A stretch of 64,000 bases of DNA from the human T2T-CHM13v2.0 reference genome, Homo sapiens, in the NCBI RefSeq assembly GCF_009914755.1, contig NC_060926.1; one strand, 5' to 3'. How positions within the stretch are numbered: the stretch's first letter is position 1; every line of letters begins with the position of its first letter. The translations under genes were made by a program, and so were the position numbers. Below, in pieces: positions 1 to 15,032 of this stretch. The notes below the pieces were generated by a model, which was not told the DNA's origin, ran no database searches, and was given only the letters and a program-made list of their open reading frames with translations.

Positions 1-9
1 GCCTCCGCT

Positions 10-130
10 TCTGGCCTTAGTGTCTTCATTTGCAAATTAGATCCCACTATCTTCATTATAGGGGTGCTTTGAGGACTAGAAACAAAGCATGTGATAAGCC
101 TGGCACAATGCTTGCAAGAGGCACACTGTT
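10..130 (+). mobile_element. MIR SINE fragment
   Basis: Degenerate MIR core (ccttagtgtcttcatttgcaaa...gaggactag...gcctggcaca). Confidence 0.55.
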
Positions 131-985
131 ATAATTCAGAAAATGGCAACAGTTCTCAAAATAAATGTTATTAGACTGTAAGCATCGTGCAGGCATAACT
201 GGATTTGATTCATCTCCTCCATTCTCCCATATAAGTGGCTCCTGCTCCATGATTGCTCTTATTCTACAGAATGGTAATTATACTTCCCAGGCGTCTGACT
301 CTATCACCAGTGCTCAGCATCACACCTAACACATAGTCAGCCCTCACTGATGTGGAATGAATGAACAGGTGAATGAAAAACAATAAACCTTTAGAATGGT
401 CTTCCTCATCGTTAATGGATGTGAACCTCTTCTTGTGAAATCACAATCTGCTTCTTTTTTGCTCTGACTTTAGCAACCAAAGCAAACAACTGACTCCCTT
501 TTCTGTAGTTATTTTTCACATGAAGCCAGACTTCATTAATTTAGATGGCCACAGAGATAAGATCATTCAGAATTCCTGAATATTTTAATGATGGATTTCT
601 TAGTACTTTAAAGTCCTTGGGACAAGAATGGATGACCAAGACAAAGGACAGCCAACAGTAGGCTGTTCTAACATCCTCCTCAGTCCCTGTGCCAGTACAT
701 AGCATCACTGGGCCTGAAGGTCCCAGGTCTAGGAAGCTAGTGTGGCACAGTAACTCTGGCTCTCATCCCAAGGAATTCTAGATGCCAAGTGGAATGCTGC
801 CATACTGTTTAACACCAGCATCCACAGTATTGTGAGAACTAAGTTCTTACTAAAGAGTCACGTTCCTGGGGCCATTTGTAGTGAATGAATGAGATTACTC
901 ATTATATGAACTTCTTAATGCATTTAGCCAGAAAAGTGAGTTGCCCTCTTTTAAAGCAAATCACTCTGTTAACTTCATTGACTAT

Positions 986-1373
986 TGCCTTAGTCCATGT
1001 TGCATTGCTATAAATGGGTACCTAAGACTGAATAACTTATAAAGAAAAGAGATATATTTCATAATTCTGCATGATGCTGACATCTGCTCAGCTTCTGGTA
1101 AGGCCTCAGGTAGCTTTTACTCATAATGGAAGGCAAGGGGGGCTGGTGTGTGTTACATGGTGAGAGAGGGGGGTGAGTGCCAGACTCTTTTAAACAACAG
1201 CTCTCGTGTGAACCAATACAGTGAGATCTCACACATTACTTCAAGGAGGGCACCAAGCCATTCATAAGGGATCCACTCCCATGACCCAAACACCCCCACC
1301 AGGTCCCACTTCCAACAATGGGGGTCACAATTCAACATGAGATTTGGAGGTGACAAATATCCAAACTATATAA
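986..1373 (-). mobile_element. MST-family (MSTA/MSTB) MaLR solo LTR with 5-bp TSD ACTAT
   Basis: MST motifs (accaagccattcataagggatccactcccatgacccaaacacc; ttcaacatgagatttgg); ACTAT at 981-985 and 1374-1378. Confidence 0.85.
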
Positions 1374-4300
1374 ACTATGCTTCTTCCAAACTTGTTTTAT
1401 ACCATATTCGTTCACATAGCAACATCATCTTTATAAATAGCTGCAAAGAAAAAAAGTTGATTTCCAGCACTATTTCAGTTAATATAAATTTCCAAGTGAG
1501 TAGGATATGAATTAGCAATGATCTGTGGTGTTTGGGAAATGCCACTAATTTGTTTCTCAGCCTTTTCTTCTGCAGATTCAAGTGTCTCCATCTTTTCTTA
1601 TGGATCCAATTTCACATATCTGTAATGGTTTGAATTTGTAACCTCAAAACTCTTGGTATTATTAACGTATCTGTCAAAAGAGATTATTATAGGCCAGGTT
1701 TAAGGAAACCTGACTTTAGTTCTAAGTTACTCTGAATATTCAGATAAATGAAGTGAGAAGACTATATGCTTCAGAGTTGGAAAGACTGAGCTCAAAGACC
1801 TGCTTGGCTACCTGCTTGCTGTGGGACAACAAGGGCTTTTTAGAACTATTCTGACTTAAATAGTCATAGCTCATTTTAAATAAGCCTGGCAGAGTGCTCA
1901 TTATAAAGCAGACACTCAATATATTTCTATAACCGGTTGTCAGGGAGAAGTGAGGGCCCCTGTAGGTACATAATACATATACTATCATGGAATCCAAGGG
2001 AAACCAAATTGTCATTTGTGCAGGTAGTGTTACACTGCAGCATCTGGGTACACTTTACTCAACAACTACCCTGCTTATTTCCCAAGGAGTTACCTTTTGG
2101 CAATCATTTCCCTGGGAGTCAGTTCATCAAAAGCATTAATGAATGATGAATATGCACCAATGTACTTGAGGTAGCTGCAATCTGCCTCATGTAGAGAAAA
2201 CAGAGAGTCTGTGTTTTTGAGAAATCTATGTTGGAGGCAGCACCTTAAAAAGCTTTTTAAAAAGCCTATACAAATGATGTCTGCTGATTCTCCCTTGTTT
2301 ACAGACTTATGACATTCTCAAGTAATAGTCCCAGATTACTACACCATGATTTTCAGTAACTTACAGCACATGGATCCTAAAAGCTTATACTTCCTTCTGT
2401 GCAACGATCTACCCACTTACAGATCCAAACAAATTATGCTAGTAATCACCTTTTTCCCCTCTGCAACCCTCATTCATAAATCCCACAAAAATAGAAAACT
2501 TTGAAACTCAAACTTTTTCACTTTGAAAACTTCCACACAGCCATAAAAGTTTCAGCCAAACATACAATGAGGCCCCAACATAATTCAGTCAGAAAGAGTG
2601 ACTCATGGGTGTTTAATATTCATACCATCTTATTAATTGGCATGCATTCCTATAATGCAAGTGGTCATGTAAATAAGTCTTTGTAGAAGGTCTCTCCAGG
2701 TTCCTAAACATCTTTAAGCTACATGTGGTATTGGCAGCAGAAACTTAAACTACAGATGGGAAAACAGATCTCTTTATTTGCACATCCTTCTCTTTATCTG
2801 AATGGCTGAAACAAGCTTAAAAAAAACTAAGTCTGTTGCCAAAGCCACATCAATTAAATGTTAGTGATCCATTCTAAGTTTACCCCATGGTTTTCTCCAA
2901 GTAGTAAAAAGTGATTATACTGGTTATTTATTCACAACCATTGGGTAGCTTTTGGCTGTGGCATTAAGATGACCTTCTGGAAGGGTAAATTCACTCTGAT
3001 GGCTTTGGAGTTCATGAGAATACTCAGCCTCTAAGTTCAAACTGGATTTTAGCTTCCTGAGATTTGAAAACCAAGCAGGATAATATAAATGTGCTTTCCA
3101 ATCTCTTGTGCTGTCTTTGGGATAATGGAAGACCAGACTTTGGGAGTCTTGCATAGGGAATGAGTTGCATAGGGGATGAATATTTTTAAAATGTAGGAAA
3201 TTAATATGACAAACAATTAAAAAAGAAAAAAAAATGGACCATGAAATTCCTTAGTACAAATGAAGAAGTTATTTAAACCAATATAAAAGAAGTGGCATCT
3301 CAGGCTAAGTTGGTATCCAGTGACTCCAATATTCTTTGTCTGACAGTAGCATCATGTAAATTACTGTGGTAGGATGTAGTTTAAGGATACAAATTGGAAA
3401 TGGTTAGAAATGTATTCCAAATGCCCACACAGACCATGCCTTTATAGAAGTCTTTCTTGAATTTATTTTCATATACAGCTGTTATAGCCTCTGAAAAAAA
3501 ACTCCTTCATGTGCTTCTTCTTGTCACTAATACTGAAATGGCCTCTTCTAAAGTTTTGGGAATGGTTATTGGTCTAGTATTCCAGAATATGTTATGCAAT
3601 TTTCCAAACACTTCTAGATTTTTGCAAGTTTTTATAATTATCGCTATACTCTTGTCACTCCAGACTGAAAAATCTTGAAGTCTTCACATAACTGCTTCAC
3701 GTCTTGCTATGCTAATATGCCTCTCTTGAAAAACAATGGCTACACTTGTACACAGTACTTACTGTGATACGTAAGAGTGGGCTAATGTGACCACTACAGT
3801 TTAATGGCCAGCATTTGTTTGACAAGGTCATCTGACTTAGGAACTCACAGTTGGATCCCAGACTCCTAGGTCCTGTTTTAAGAGTTATCACTTCCAGTTC
3901 AAAGTCCTTGTTTATAAGAGTAGGACACAGAACTCTCCCAACTCCTCACAAAGCAATGATTACCACTTAACCACTTCTGTATCCATACATCAAGTCTTGT
4001 CCTCCTTGGTTTGACATTTTTCTAACTGAAAAAAACAAACTTACTTTAATTAGCAAAACCTTCTAGAGTGCCAAATAAATGTAGAATCACAATGGCTCCA
4101 GCCCTGATCCTTAATTGCCATTTTTCTAATTGAAGAAATGCCAACTTATCTATCCACCTTTTCGCACTGTTATCCTTGCCCATTCTCTAACAAAATTACT
4201 CTATGCTCAACCTTTTTCCCCCAATCTAATTACAATTTAGCTATCTGTTGGTATCTCCTTTTAACCCACTTCTGGGCTTGTGCGTATGCAAGGCATTTTA

Positions 4301-5289
4301 AACCTAAACAAATGCTCTTTACGCATTCTCCTTTGTTCACAGACTCATTACATTCCCAGATCACATACCCAAATTAGTGAGTCATGATTTTCCCTTACAG
4401 AAGGTATAACATATCAATCCTAAAAGATTATCTTTGCTTCTGTACAACAATCTACTCATGCCCATAGGTTCACTCCATCTCTAGCTGTCATGCCAAAATG
4501 AAGTGAAAAGTTAAACAATTATTTGGTGAATCTGATAGACACAGGTGGCTATTATGGGTGGTTCTGTCTCTTTAAATCTCTTTTACTTCACATCAGGTTT
4601 GGTGAATTACATGGACAACTGCCTCTACTCTTAATTTCACCTGCCTGGATAACATCTGCCTTGATAAGACACATGAGGGAAGAGAGTAAAGAAAATAACT
4701 TGGGGTACAATGCCGCAGGAAGAGATTTAAATCAGCTTTATTTGTCAAGAAACATATAAAAACCAGGAAGCATGGGGAAATTCAGATCTATCAATTTAGC
4801 AACTGATGAAAATTTTATTAAAGATATTTACAGGAGCATTGGAGCCAGATCACCCTATTCATTATTGCTCTAACTTTTTTAAATTAAAAATTTGAAGTTA
4901 GATACTCTAAGAGTATAAATAATTTTAGCCTGCCTATATTACTGTAATTACAGATATTTAATCAAAGTCTTCAGAAAGATAAGAATTTAAAGTTCAAAAA
5001 TGTTTTTCTCCATTTGTCTCCATATTTAATCAGTATTAATTACTTTTTCAATTATATGCAGAAAAGAAGAAAGCTCAAGACTTCACAACCTTAAGCTTTT
5101 AAAAAATATTCATTTTAACATGTTTTACTTGCTTCTAAGGATTTTAATTATTATAAGATAATCTATTTTAGCTGAATATCAAGGATCATTTATTTTTCTT
5201 TTATGTGACTGTAGTTGAAATGTTGACGAAGGGAAGACTGAAGTTGAGATGAGTCCATCTTTCCATTTCAGTGGCTACCCTCCATTCAC

Positions 5290-8200
5290 CAATATCCCAT
5301 GGCTGTCTCTACAGGAAGATAATAAAAGAAGTAATGAAATCCAACAGACCAGGGGATATGGATATGGGTAAAAATATATATAGATTTTTGCTTCCATCCA
5401 TGAAGAATTAAATTGTTACAGAAACACATGTGCACATGCACACACACACACACAATTGCAGTGTTTTCTGACATTGAAAGATAAGCACAGAATTTGATCT
5501 CTGAATCAAGGAAAACAAATGAAGTGAGCCCTACAGTTACTCCAGCCAACTGCCTGGAGATGGTTTCTAGACTGAAACATAGATGGAATACAAACATAGC
5601 CTGGAGGTAAATATAGGTGTTAAAGGGGACAGATATGAGGATCAAGGCAGCTAAAATTTGCAGGGCAGATGTATATTAAAGAATGGAGAACACTAGAAAT
5701 AGTAATATATGATCTATATATATATTTTGTTTATTGTGAGGTTTCTAACATATATAGAAGTAAAATATATAACAGCACAAAGGATGGGAGAGGTTATATG
5801 AAAATAGCCTGTAACATATTATGTAAAATAGATTATGATAAAGTAACAATGTAATAAAATTACATTTAAATGTTAAACCACTCACTAAAACAGGAAAATA
5901 GAGAGGTATAGCTAATAAGTTACAAGAGGAAATAAAGCAGAATCAATAAAAACATTCAAGTCAAAAAGGTAGAAAAGGAGGAAAATAGAAAGATGAGACA
6001 ATCAGAAAATAAATAATTATATGGTAGATTTAAATCCAACCATTTAGATAATTACATAAAATTAAAATAGTCTAAACACTCCAATGAATAGGCTGAGATT
6101 GTCAGATTGGATAAAATAAAAATTGGTATACAAAATATACCTATTTATATGCTGTAGATAAAACATTCATTTTAAATATAAAAAACAGATAGGTGAAAAG
6201 TGGGACAGAAAAATATATAGCATGCAAACTCTAATAAAAAGAAAGCTAGAGTCACTATGCTAATATCAGAAAATGTAAACTTTAGAAAGGAAATATTACC
6301 AGGGATCAGAAGAAATATGTTATAGTTATAACAAGGTAAATTTATCAAGACATTATAATCCTAAATATGTATATCTATAACAATAGAACTCCAAAATTAT
6401 GAAGCAGAAAACTGACAGAACTTAAAAGAGAAAATGTCAGATCTAAAATTAAAATTAAAAGTCTTCTCTCAGTAATTAATACAACAAGTAGAGAGACTAT
6501 CACAAGGCATAGAAGATCTGAACAATATAATTTAAAACTTTGACCAATGTGAATTGTGCAGCACACTCTACCCATCAAGGGCAGAATGCATATTCTTTTT
6601 GGGTACACATGGATTAAGATAGACCATATCCTTCATTATAAAAGAAGTCTTAGAAAATTTAAAATCACCGAAGCCATGGAAAATATGTTCTCTGAGCATC
6701 AGAGAATTAAAAGAGAAGTCAATAGAAGAAAGATGTCTAGAAAAATTTCCAAACATTTACAACTTATACAGTACACTACTAAATTTCCTGTGTATTAAAT
6801 GGAAAATAATATTTTGAAATGAATGAAAATACAATGGAATGCAGCTAAACAGTGCCTTAACAAAAATGTACAGCACAAATAAGACAGGCTTAAAATAAGT
6901 GCTCTGAGACTTCATTTTAAGAAACTAGAAAAATAAGAACATATTAAACATAAACTAAGCAGAAGACATAAAAATGAGAGCTGAAATTAAGAAAATTAAA
7001 AAAAAAAACAATTTAAAAATCAATGAAACAAAGAGCTGGTTATTTTACATGACTGATCCAACTGACAAACCTCCAACTAGATTGAGGAAACACTGACTAA
7101 AGGAGAAAAGACAAAAATTCTCAATATTATGAATGAATAAGGAGGCATCACTACAGATCTTCCAGTGAATAACAGATAATATGTATGTATGAACAAACTT
7201 AAGCCAACACATTTTACAATTCAGATAAAATGGAAATATTTTTTGAGAAATCCAACTACCAGAACTCACTCAAGAAAAAAGATAAACCAAATAGTCCTAT
7301 ATCAATTTAGGCAATTGAATTTGGAATTAAAAATATTTTCATGAAATATTATAGGCCTAGATGTCTTCACTATTGAATTCTTCAGAATTTATAAGGATGA
7401 AAAAAATGATCATTTCTTTATAAACTCCTTTAGAAAACAGGAGAAGAGCAAACACTTTCCACATCATTTTATAATGACCATATTACCTTGATATCAAACT
7501 CAAAGACATCATACATAGAGGAAAAATAGAGATCAATATAACTCATGAAAATGGATGCAAGAATGTTTAATAATTGATTTGCTATTAAGCATTTTTGCAT
7601 AATTAAGCAAATTACTCACCAAGTGGCATTTACCCAAGGAATGTAAAATTTGTTTAGCATTTAAAAATAAATCAATATTAAAAGAAAAACCATATGATTA
7701 TCTCAAAATACATAGAAAAAATCATTTAACAAAATTCAACATCCTTTCATGACAGACAAAAAAAAAACAGACACAGCAAACTAGGAATAGAAGAGAACTT
7801 TCTCACTCTGTACAAGTGTAAAAGGGCATCTACAGAAAACCTACAGATAACACCATATTTGAAAAAAATAGACTGAATGTTCCCCCACTAAGACTGAGAG
7901 CATGTTAAGAATGTTAGCTCTTACCACTTCCATTTAACATTATAGTGGAGGTTATAGCCAGTGCAACAAGGTAAGGAAAAGAAATAAAAGGCATAGAGAT
8001 TAGAAAGAATAAAGTATAACTGTCTTTATTTGAAGACAATATAATTGTGTATGTAGAATACTCTAAGGGATCTCCCAAAACACTATGAGAACTAATAAGT
8101 GGTTTAGCAAGGTTACATCATACAAGGATAATTTAGCAAAATCAATTGTATTAGTATGTATTATAAATAATTGGTAATTAAACAATACTATTTCTAACAG

Positions 8201-9505
8201 CATCAAAATATGAAAAAAACACATCTTATAAAATGGTGAAACCTTGTACACTAAGAAGTACAAAACATTGTAGAGATAAATTTAAAGAATACTGACATAA
8301 ATGGAGAGATCTGCCATATTCATGGATCAGAAGACTCAAAATTGTTCGGATATCAATTCTCTTCAAATTGATCTACAGATTCAATGACATTTTAATCAAA
8401 ACACTATCAGGTTTTTTTTTAAAAAAAGACGTTGACACATTGATTCTAAAATTATGTGAAAATGGAAACATTTTCATAAAGTAAAACAAGGTCAGAGGTC
8501 TGACACTGCCTGAATTCTTTATAAGGCTACGTTCATTAAGAGAGTGTGGTATTGGGTAAGGATTTGCACATAGGTCAGTGGAACAGAACAGACATTCCGG
8601 AAATAGACTCACACATATATTTTCAATTGATTTCTGACAAAGATGACAATGTAATTTAACGGAAGAAAGATAGTGTTTCAACAAAAGGTATTAAAAACAA
8701 TAAATACTCATCTGAAGAAAAGTAAACCCTTTTCTCACACTGTATATAAAAATTAACACATAAACCCAAACACAAGATCTAATACCACAAAACATCCAGA
8801 AGAAAATATCGGAGTATCTCTGTGGCCTTGGATTAGGCATCAATTTCTTAAATAGAGCAAGAAAACATGAACCATAAAATAAAAGCATGATAAATTAGAT
8901 TTAATCAAAATTAAAAATTTTGTCTTCAAAGACACGGTTAAGAAAATAAAACGCAAGCAACATATACCCATCATGCAACACAGCTATAATACTCTTACTG
9001 TTATATGTCCCCCCAAAGACTTATACACAAATGTTTATAGCAGCTTTACACATAATAGCCCCAACCGGAAACTATCAAATTGTTTATCAGCCAGTGGATA
9101 AACAAATTGTGGTACATTCATACAACAAAATACTAATGGGCAATAAAAACATAAACAAACTAAAAAACCACTGATACAACATGGATGACCCTCAAAAGCA
9201 TTATGCTTATTAAGAGAGGCCAAACCCCCAATATTATGTATTTTATCATTGATTCCATTTACATGAAATTCTAGCAAAGGCAAAACTACACTGATATAAA
9301 GCAGACCAGTGGTTCCCTGGGAGCAGTGGTATTAGGAGAGGGTGGGGTGTAAAAGGCGTGAAGGAGTATTTTGGGGTGATGAAAGTGTTGTAAATCTTGA
9401 TTGTGATAGTGGTTATACAACTGTATACATTTACAAAAACTTACTGAACTATACACTTCAAAAGGATGAATTTTGTTATATATAAATTATACCTCCATGA
9501 ACCTG
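5290..9505 (+). mobile_element. Old degenerate L1M (L1MC/MD/ME-type) LINE: 5' region, ORF2 remnant and 3' UTR; antisense to NCKAP5
   Basis: A-rich strand with ORF2 endonuclease/RT remnants (IDHILHYKRSL; gaaaaaccatatgattatctc; atattcatggatcagaagactcaa) and an L1M 3' end (gaactatacactt...aattatacctc); many stops. Confidence 0.85.
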
Positions 9506-10319
9506 CTTTTAAACATTTTATACTCAGCCTGCCAAAAAAAAAAACAAAACAAAGAAAACCAAAACTGAAATCAAACAGTGAACTCTGGTTGAACACAGAT
9601 GAGCAAAGGAACTGTGCTTTCCCCAGGGTACACGCTTGAATAATCATTAGAGGCATCTGAAAGTGGTGTTGGCAAGAAAGCATCTTCAAGAATCACCAGG
9701 GAACAAGACTGATGCTATTCCTTAATCCCAGATCTATGCAGGTCACAAAGGGCTTTGTGAACTCCTTTATCTTTTCAATAATCGTGGGAAATAGCTATTA
9801 TTATCTTCATTTTATGGGGGAGGAAAGCAGAACTCTGAGAAGTGAAATGGTCACTTGAAGAAGTGCCGGCCTGACTCTGAAGCTCAGGATCTTCTTATTC
9901 ATCAACCTCTTTCCAGTAGGGTGGGGATCCCTGGTTTCCATAGCTGTGTGCCCCAGACACTCCTCTGCAGAGAGGGCATCTAAGGAGCAGAGCCTCTGAT
10001 TCAGGACCTTACAGGTAGCTGATATATGCTCTGTGCAAATGCATTTGACCTTCATTACACCTCACCTTTCTGCAGCATAACAACATTTGTTGATTATTTA
10101 CTACTGGGCAGGTGCTTCACTTGTATTATGTCATTATGCAATGTGTAATGGACACATTTTTCCTATGAGGAAACTGAAGTTTAAGGAGGTCAATAACTTG
10201 CCCGTAGGCCTATAGCTATAAGTAGGAAAACCAGGATTTGGATTGGGGCCTGTGCAAACCTCAAAGCTTCAGGCTTGATTGCTACATGGTTATAGTACCT
10301 TCTTCTGTATTCAGTTTTC

Positions 10320-10780
10320 CAAGCATTCTGAATCAGTAAGGATGCTCTTGGTGGAAAGTAACATGTTAAATGGTGAAGAATGGTATTAGCTCACAGTGCA
10401 GAATTAGAACAAGCTTCAGGGCTGCCTTAATCCAGGGCCTCCGCCTCTATTTGCCTGCAGTTCTCTTCACTGTGTCCCTGCTATGTATCAGTTTTATCTT
10501 CAAGCTGTTATCAGGAGGTTTCAGTAGCTCCATACTAGTCAGCCACACACTCCCATGTCTAAGGGAGAGAGAAGTTGACTCTCTGTGTGCCTTTCTCTAT
10601 ACCTCCAACCACCTGTCCCTTGAAAATTAGGCAAATAAGGTCATAAACTCATTCCCAGACAAATTTGTATCTCTTGGAAAATGCTGTTCACTGACTGGCC
10701 CAGGCCTGAATTTCTGAACCAATCACTGGCAGGGAAGATTGCCATGACCGCCTTCATCAGGCTTCACTCCTGGAGTGGAA
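10320..10780. mobile_element. Old MLT1-type MaLR LTR fragment, flanked by MIR fragments (about 9790-9900, 10075-10280, 10820-10980)
   Basis: Motifs agcttcagggctgccttaatccagggc and tctgaaccaatcactggc; MIR motifs gaggaaactgaagtttaaggaggtcaataacttgccc nearby. Confidence 0.5.
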
Positions 10781-11061
10781 ATGTCTGCTACATTCTTTCT
10801 GAGTCATTACTTCAGTTGAGTTTATGGCAACACTTTTTCTATAAATGGAGTAATTATTTCCATTCTTCAGATAAAACAAATGCATAGAGAACATTATCTC
10901 TTAGGGACATGAGCACATATGCAGAAGCCGGAATTCAAAGCCAGGTCTTCTAACACCAAGTCCAGAGCTCTTTGCGCTGCTCTGCAACAACTATACCCGT
11001 ACCCTACTCTCCCTGTTTCAAAGAAATTCCATTATGTTGCTAGGATATATTTATATTCTAG

Positions 11062-11490
<429 letters not shown>

Positions 11491-11539
11491 TAAATACATA
11501 GTCTGATATAATTTAAAACCTATTTGGTGTGATATAGTT

Positions 11540-11857
11540 TTTTCTTTTTTTTCTTCAGTTTCATTTTCTTTCTTATTTTGGAGACAGTGTCTTGCTCTGT
11601 TGCCCAGGCTGGAGTGTAGTGGTACTGTATCTCCACTCACTACAACCTTCACCTCCCAGACTCAAGCCATCCTCCCACGTCAGCCTCCTCAGTAGCTGGG
11701 GCTACAGGTGCAAGCCACCATGCCTGGCTAATTTTTGTATTTTTTGTAGAGACAGGATTTTGTCATATTGCCCAGGCTGGTCTCGAACTCCTGGGCTCAA
11801 GCCATCCACCCGCCTTGGCCTCCCAAAGTGCTGGGATTACAGGTGCTGCACCCAACC
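11540..11857 (-). mobile_element. AluJ
   Basis: AluJ-type motifs ctcaagccatcctcccacgtcagcc and ctcctgggctcaagccatcc. Confidence 0.9.
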
Positions 11858-13435
11858 GAATCTCACTTCCTAAAAGAAAATCTCCAGTTGAAAAAGATGG
11901 TCCTTTTAAAATTATTTTTCCACATTTACCATCAACGCACTACCAAGCCGTATCCCCAGGCCCTTTGGCTCGTCCTACCTGTATTCACTCTCTGTAACAG
12001 ACCTAATGAGAAGAGGTTCTGGTCTTTGGTCTTTGAAAGCAAGAGTGTTATAAAGGTAGCATTTTTTTTTTTACTTAAAATACATATAAGACAAAATACA
12101 TGGGGGAAAAAAAACCTTCAAATGTCTGCTTAGCCACGCAGGACAGTGTTTCAACTAGAGTTCTGATAGGAACGGAAATGGTTAACTGGCTGGCAGATGA
12201 CTGTGACTTCAGTATCTAGCAGAGCCCTGGAGGCTAGTATAAAGGAGTCCCTTGCACTTTGGGCTCACTTTACATTTAAACTATGATGCCATGAGCCTCA
12301 CCACCTTTTATCCTCCCAACAATCATGCTCCGAGTAAGGGAAGGCAAAAATCAGTATATCCAGCTTACAGATACAGAAACTGACGCAAAGGTTTGTTTAG
12401 TTAATAAGCGGCAAAACTATAACTGAAACTTACGTATGGTTGTTTCAGGATCATTTCTGTTTAGGGTGCATTATCTTGATTTCTGAAAAGCTAGGGAAGT
12501 TGTATGAAAGATGTCAAGGCTCAGGAGTAAGTTTAGCACCTCTGACCCTGCATTTTAAGTTTGAAACATGCAAAGTTGTTGTCTTTTTTTGTGTTCAGGA
12601 AGCGTAAGGAAGACTTGACAGAAAATTTGATGAGAAGATGCAACAATCATTTTGACATAAGGCCAATATATAAAAATTCAAAAGATGGTATCAAGAATAT
12701 GTGTTGGTATCATCAAGGGTAACTGCCATAACTTGGCCTTCCAATAGAATGAGATCATTATATGTCAAATAATATTGAATGTGCTTTTGTTTCTTTAGAA
12801 AATGCGTATTTTATGGAGACAAGAAGAAAGAGATGAAAAGGCATTGAAGAAGCTTCTCATTTTTCCAAATGTGAAGACTTGGGAGTACAGTCTTGGGGGT
12901 GCTCCTAAAATAAAGAGCTGAGTTATAGCATGGGAAAAGATCATAATAGGAGGGTAACCATGGTGAGGAGAAGGCATGGGAGCTGAACAGAATAGTGATG
13001 CTGGAGGCCACATTAGAAATATCTAGTGCTAAGCATGAACATTTTGTTTGTGAGCAGAGTTTCTAGGAAGTAGAAAGGAAAACTACAGTGAGTACCATTG
13101 CTGAAGGTGGGATTAAGCAGAAAGCCAGGGCAGCTAAGAGAGCTTCAGGATAAAAGGCTGAAAATGTCTCTGCAAGCTCAAGCAAGTCACAGGACACTTA
13201 GGGAGCCCAAGCACACTTGGAAAGAATTAAGGATAGAGCCAAATGAGGAGGATGAGGCAGACTGAGCAGGTCTCCCTGTGGGGTCCTGAGGATTGCAGCA
13301 GAACAGAACATGCTAGGGCTTCAAAGGTTTGTGACAGCTACATCTGCTTAAATGTGCAGGGGAAGGAGAAACTTCACTCTGAAAGACACAGCTCAGCCCA
13401 TTTATTTGTTTCAGAAGAAGTCCTCTTAGCTTCTT

Positions 13436-13842
13436 GTTATAGTCTCATGTTGAAATTTGATCCCCAGTGAAATCTGTCTTGGTGGGAGGCGTTTGGATCA
13501 TAGGGGTGGATCCCTCATGAATAGCTTGGTGCCATTCTCACAGGAGGGAGTGGGTTCTCACCTTTAGTTCCTGAGAGAGATTTCCCTCTATCCCCCAAAA
13601 GCTGGTTGTTAAAAAGAGCCTGGCACCTCTTCCTCTCTTCTTTCCTCTCTTGCCATGTGGTGCCTGCTTCCCTTTGCCTTCCAGCATGAGTGGAGGCTTC
13701 CTGAGGTCTCAACAGAAGCAGACACTGGCACCATGCTTGTATGGCCTGCAGAACCACAAGCCAAATAAACCTGTTTTCTTCGATAAATTACCCAGCACAG
13801 CCTCAGGTATTCCTTTATATCCATCACAAATGGACTGAGATA
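13436..13842 (+). mobile_element. MSTB-like MaLR solo LTR
   Basis: tctcatgttgaaatttgatcccc...ccctcatgaatagcttggtgcc...cctgcagaaccacaagccaaataaacc...aaatggactgagata. Confidence 0.85.
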
Positions 13843-15032
13843 CTTGTATTCCATATGCCTGCAGAACTCTATTCCAGAAGCCAAGTTTATTATCTATGCT
13901 TGTAAATATAAACTCACTAATGGGTATGGTTTATTGTGGAGCAATGCACATGCCTACAGCCTGTTCTCCTATTTCAAGGCCTCCATCATCCTGGGACACT
14001 TCATTCAACTTAGCAGGGTTCCATTGCTGGTCCCAATATCTGTCTGGATTAAAAGATCCCTGTGCAATTACTGAAGTGAAAGCAGGTCCCTGCATGTGTC
14101 TCTAGGGTGTTGCTTTCTCAGGCAGGGGTTGGTGAAAAGTGGGGATTTTTCACACCGTGCATAGTGGATTGCCTTTCTACCTGGCAGTTTCATACCACCA
14201 TCCAATACAACTTAGATGTACAAAGGAAGACCTAGTGCAAATTCAGCACAGCAGCCTGCCCACTGTGGAATCTGGACACACTGGTTCAAGGGGGAAAAGA
14301 CCATTTCATCTGAGTTCCCTGGCAGACCAGTCTTCTTGTAGAACAGGGCAATGTGTAAAATGCAGTGCATTAATTGTCATCCTCTATTCTGTCCAGTCAG
14401 CACAATTATCTACAAGAAGAGCAACTCTCACTGATTTTAGCAGGAGCATCTGATGCATCCCTGAAGTCATCATTTTTTGCCCATAGAGAAAGTTTGCTCT
14501 AAAACCCAAATTTCTCTAATAGGTACCCATAACTGCATACTGAATAAATATGCCATTTGCAGGCATGCAGGTTTTAGGGGCCTTGGGCCCTTCCCCCGTG
14601 CACAGGCCTCTGGCATCTTTGGTTCCCTTACGGTGAGGGGAACAAACATCTCTGCAGAAGGCATACTCCTCTGTGAGGAAGTTCACATCTTACAGACATC
14701 AAAATGAGTTTTGAATTCAGACTCAGTCTAAAAAGTAAAAGCATTGAGCTTTGTTCCACATGAACTCAGAGGGCTAAACGGAAAGGCTTTTAATAAAGCC
14801 TCTTCACTAGGGCCCCTGTACCACTGTTTTACATAAAGGATGATGATTCAGGCTGGCTGGTGTCTGAATCTTGGCATCTGTAGTCTCTACCCACCCCCTG
14901 CCCAGTTTGTAGAATAAGTTTATTGGCTTAGTTTTCTTTGGCCTGGATGAAGCAAACATGGAAAGATGACAGCAATTCAACTTCCTCTAGTTGATATTCT
15001 AATTATCCTGTTAAAATCTAATTATATGCCAT

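Noticed and set aside
6375-9283. ORFs within the L1M element
   Set aside because: Short fragments of a heavily decayed ORF2 or its antisense strand; no intact reverse transcriptase.
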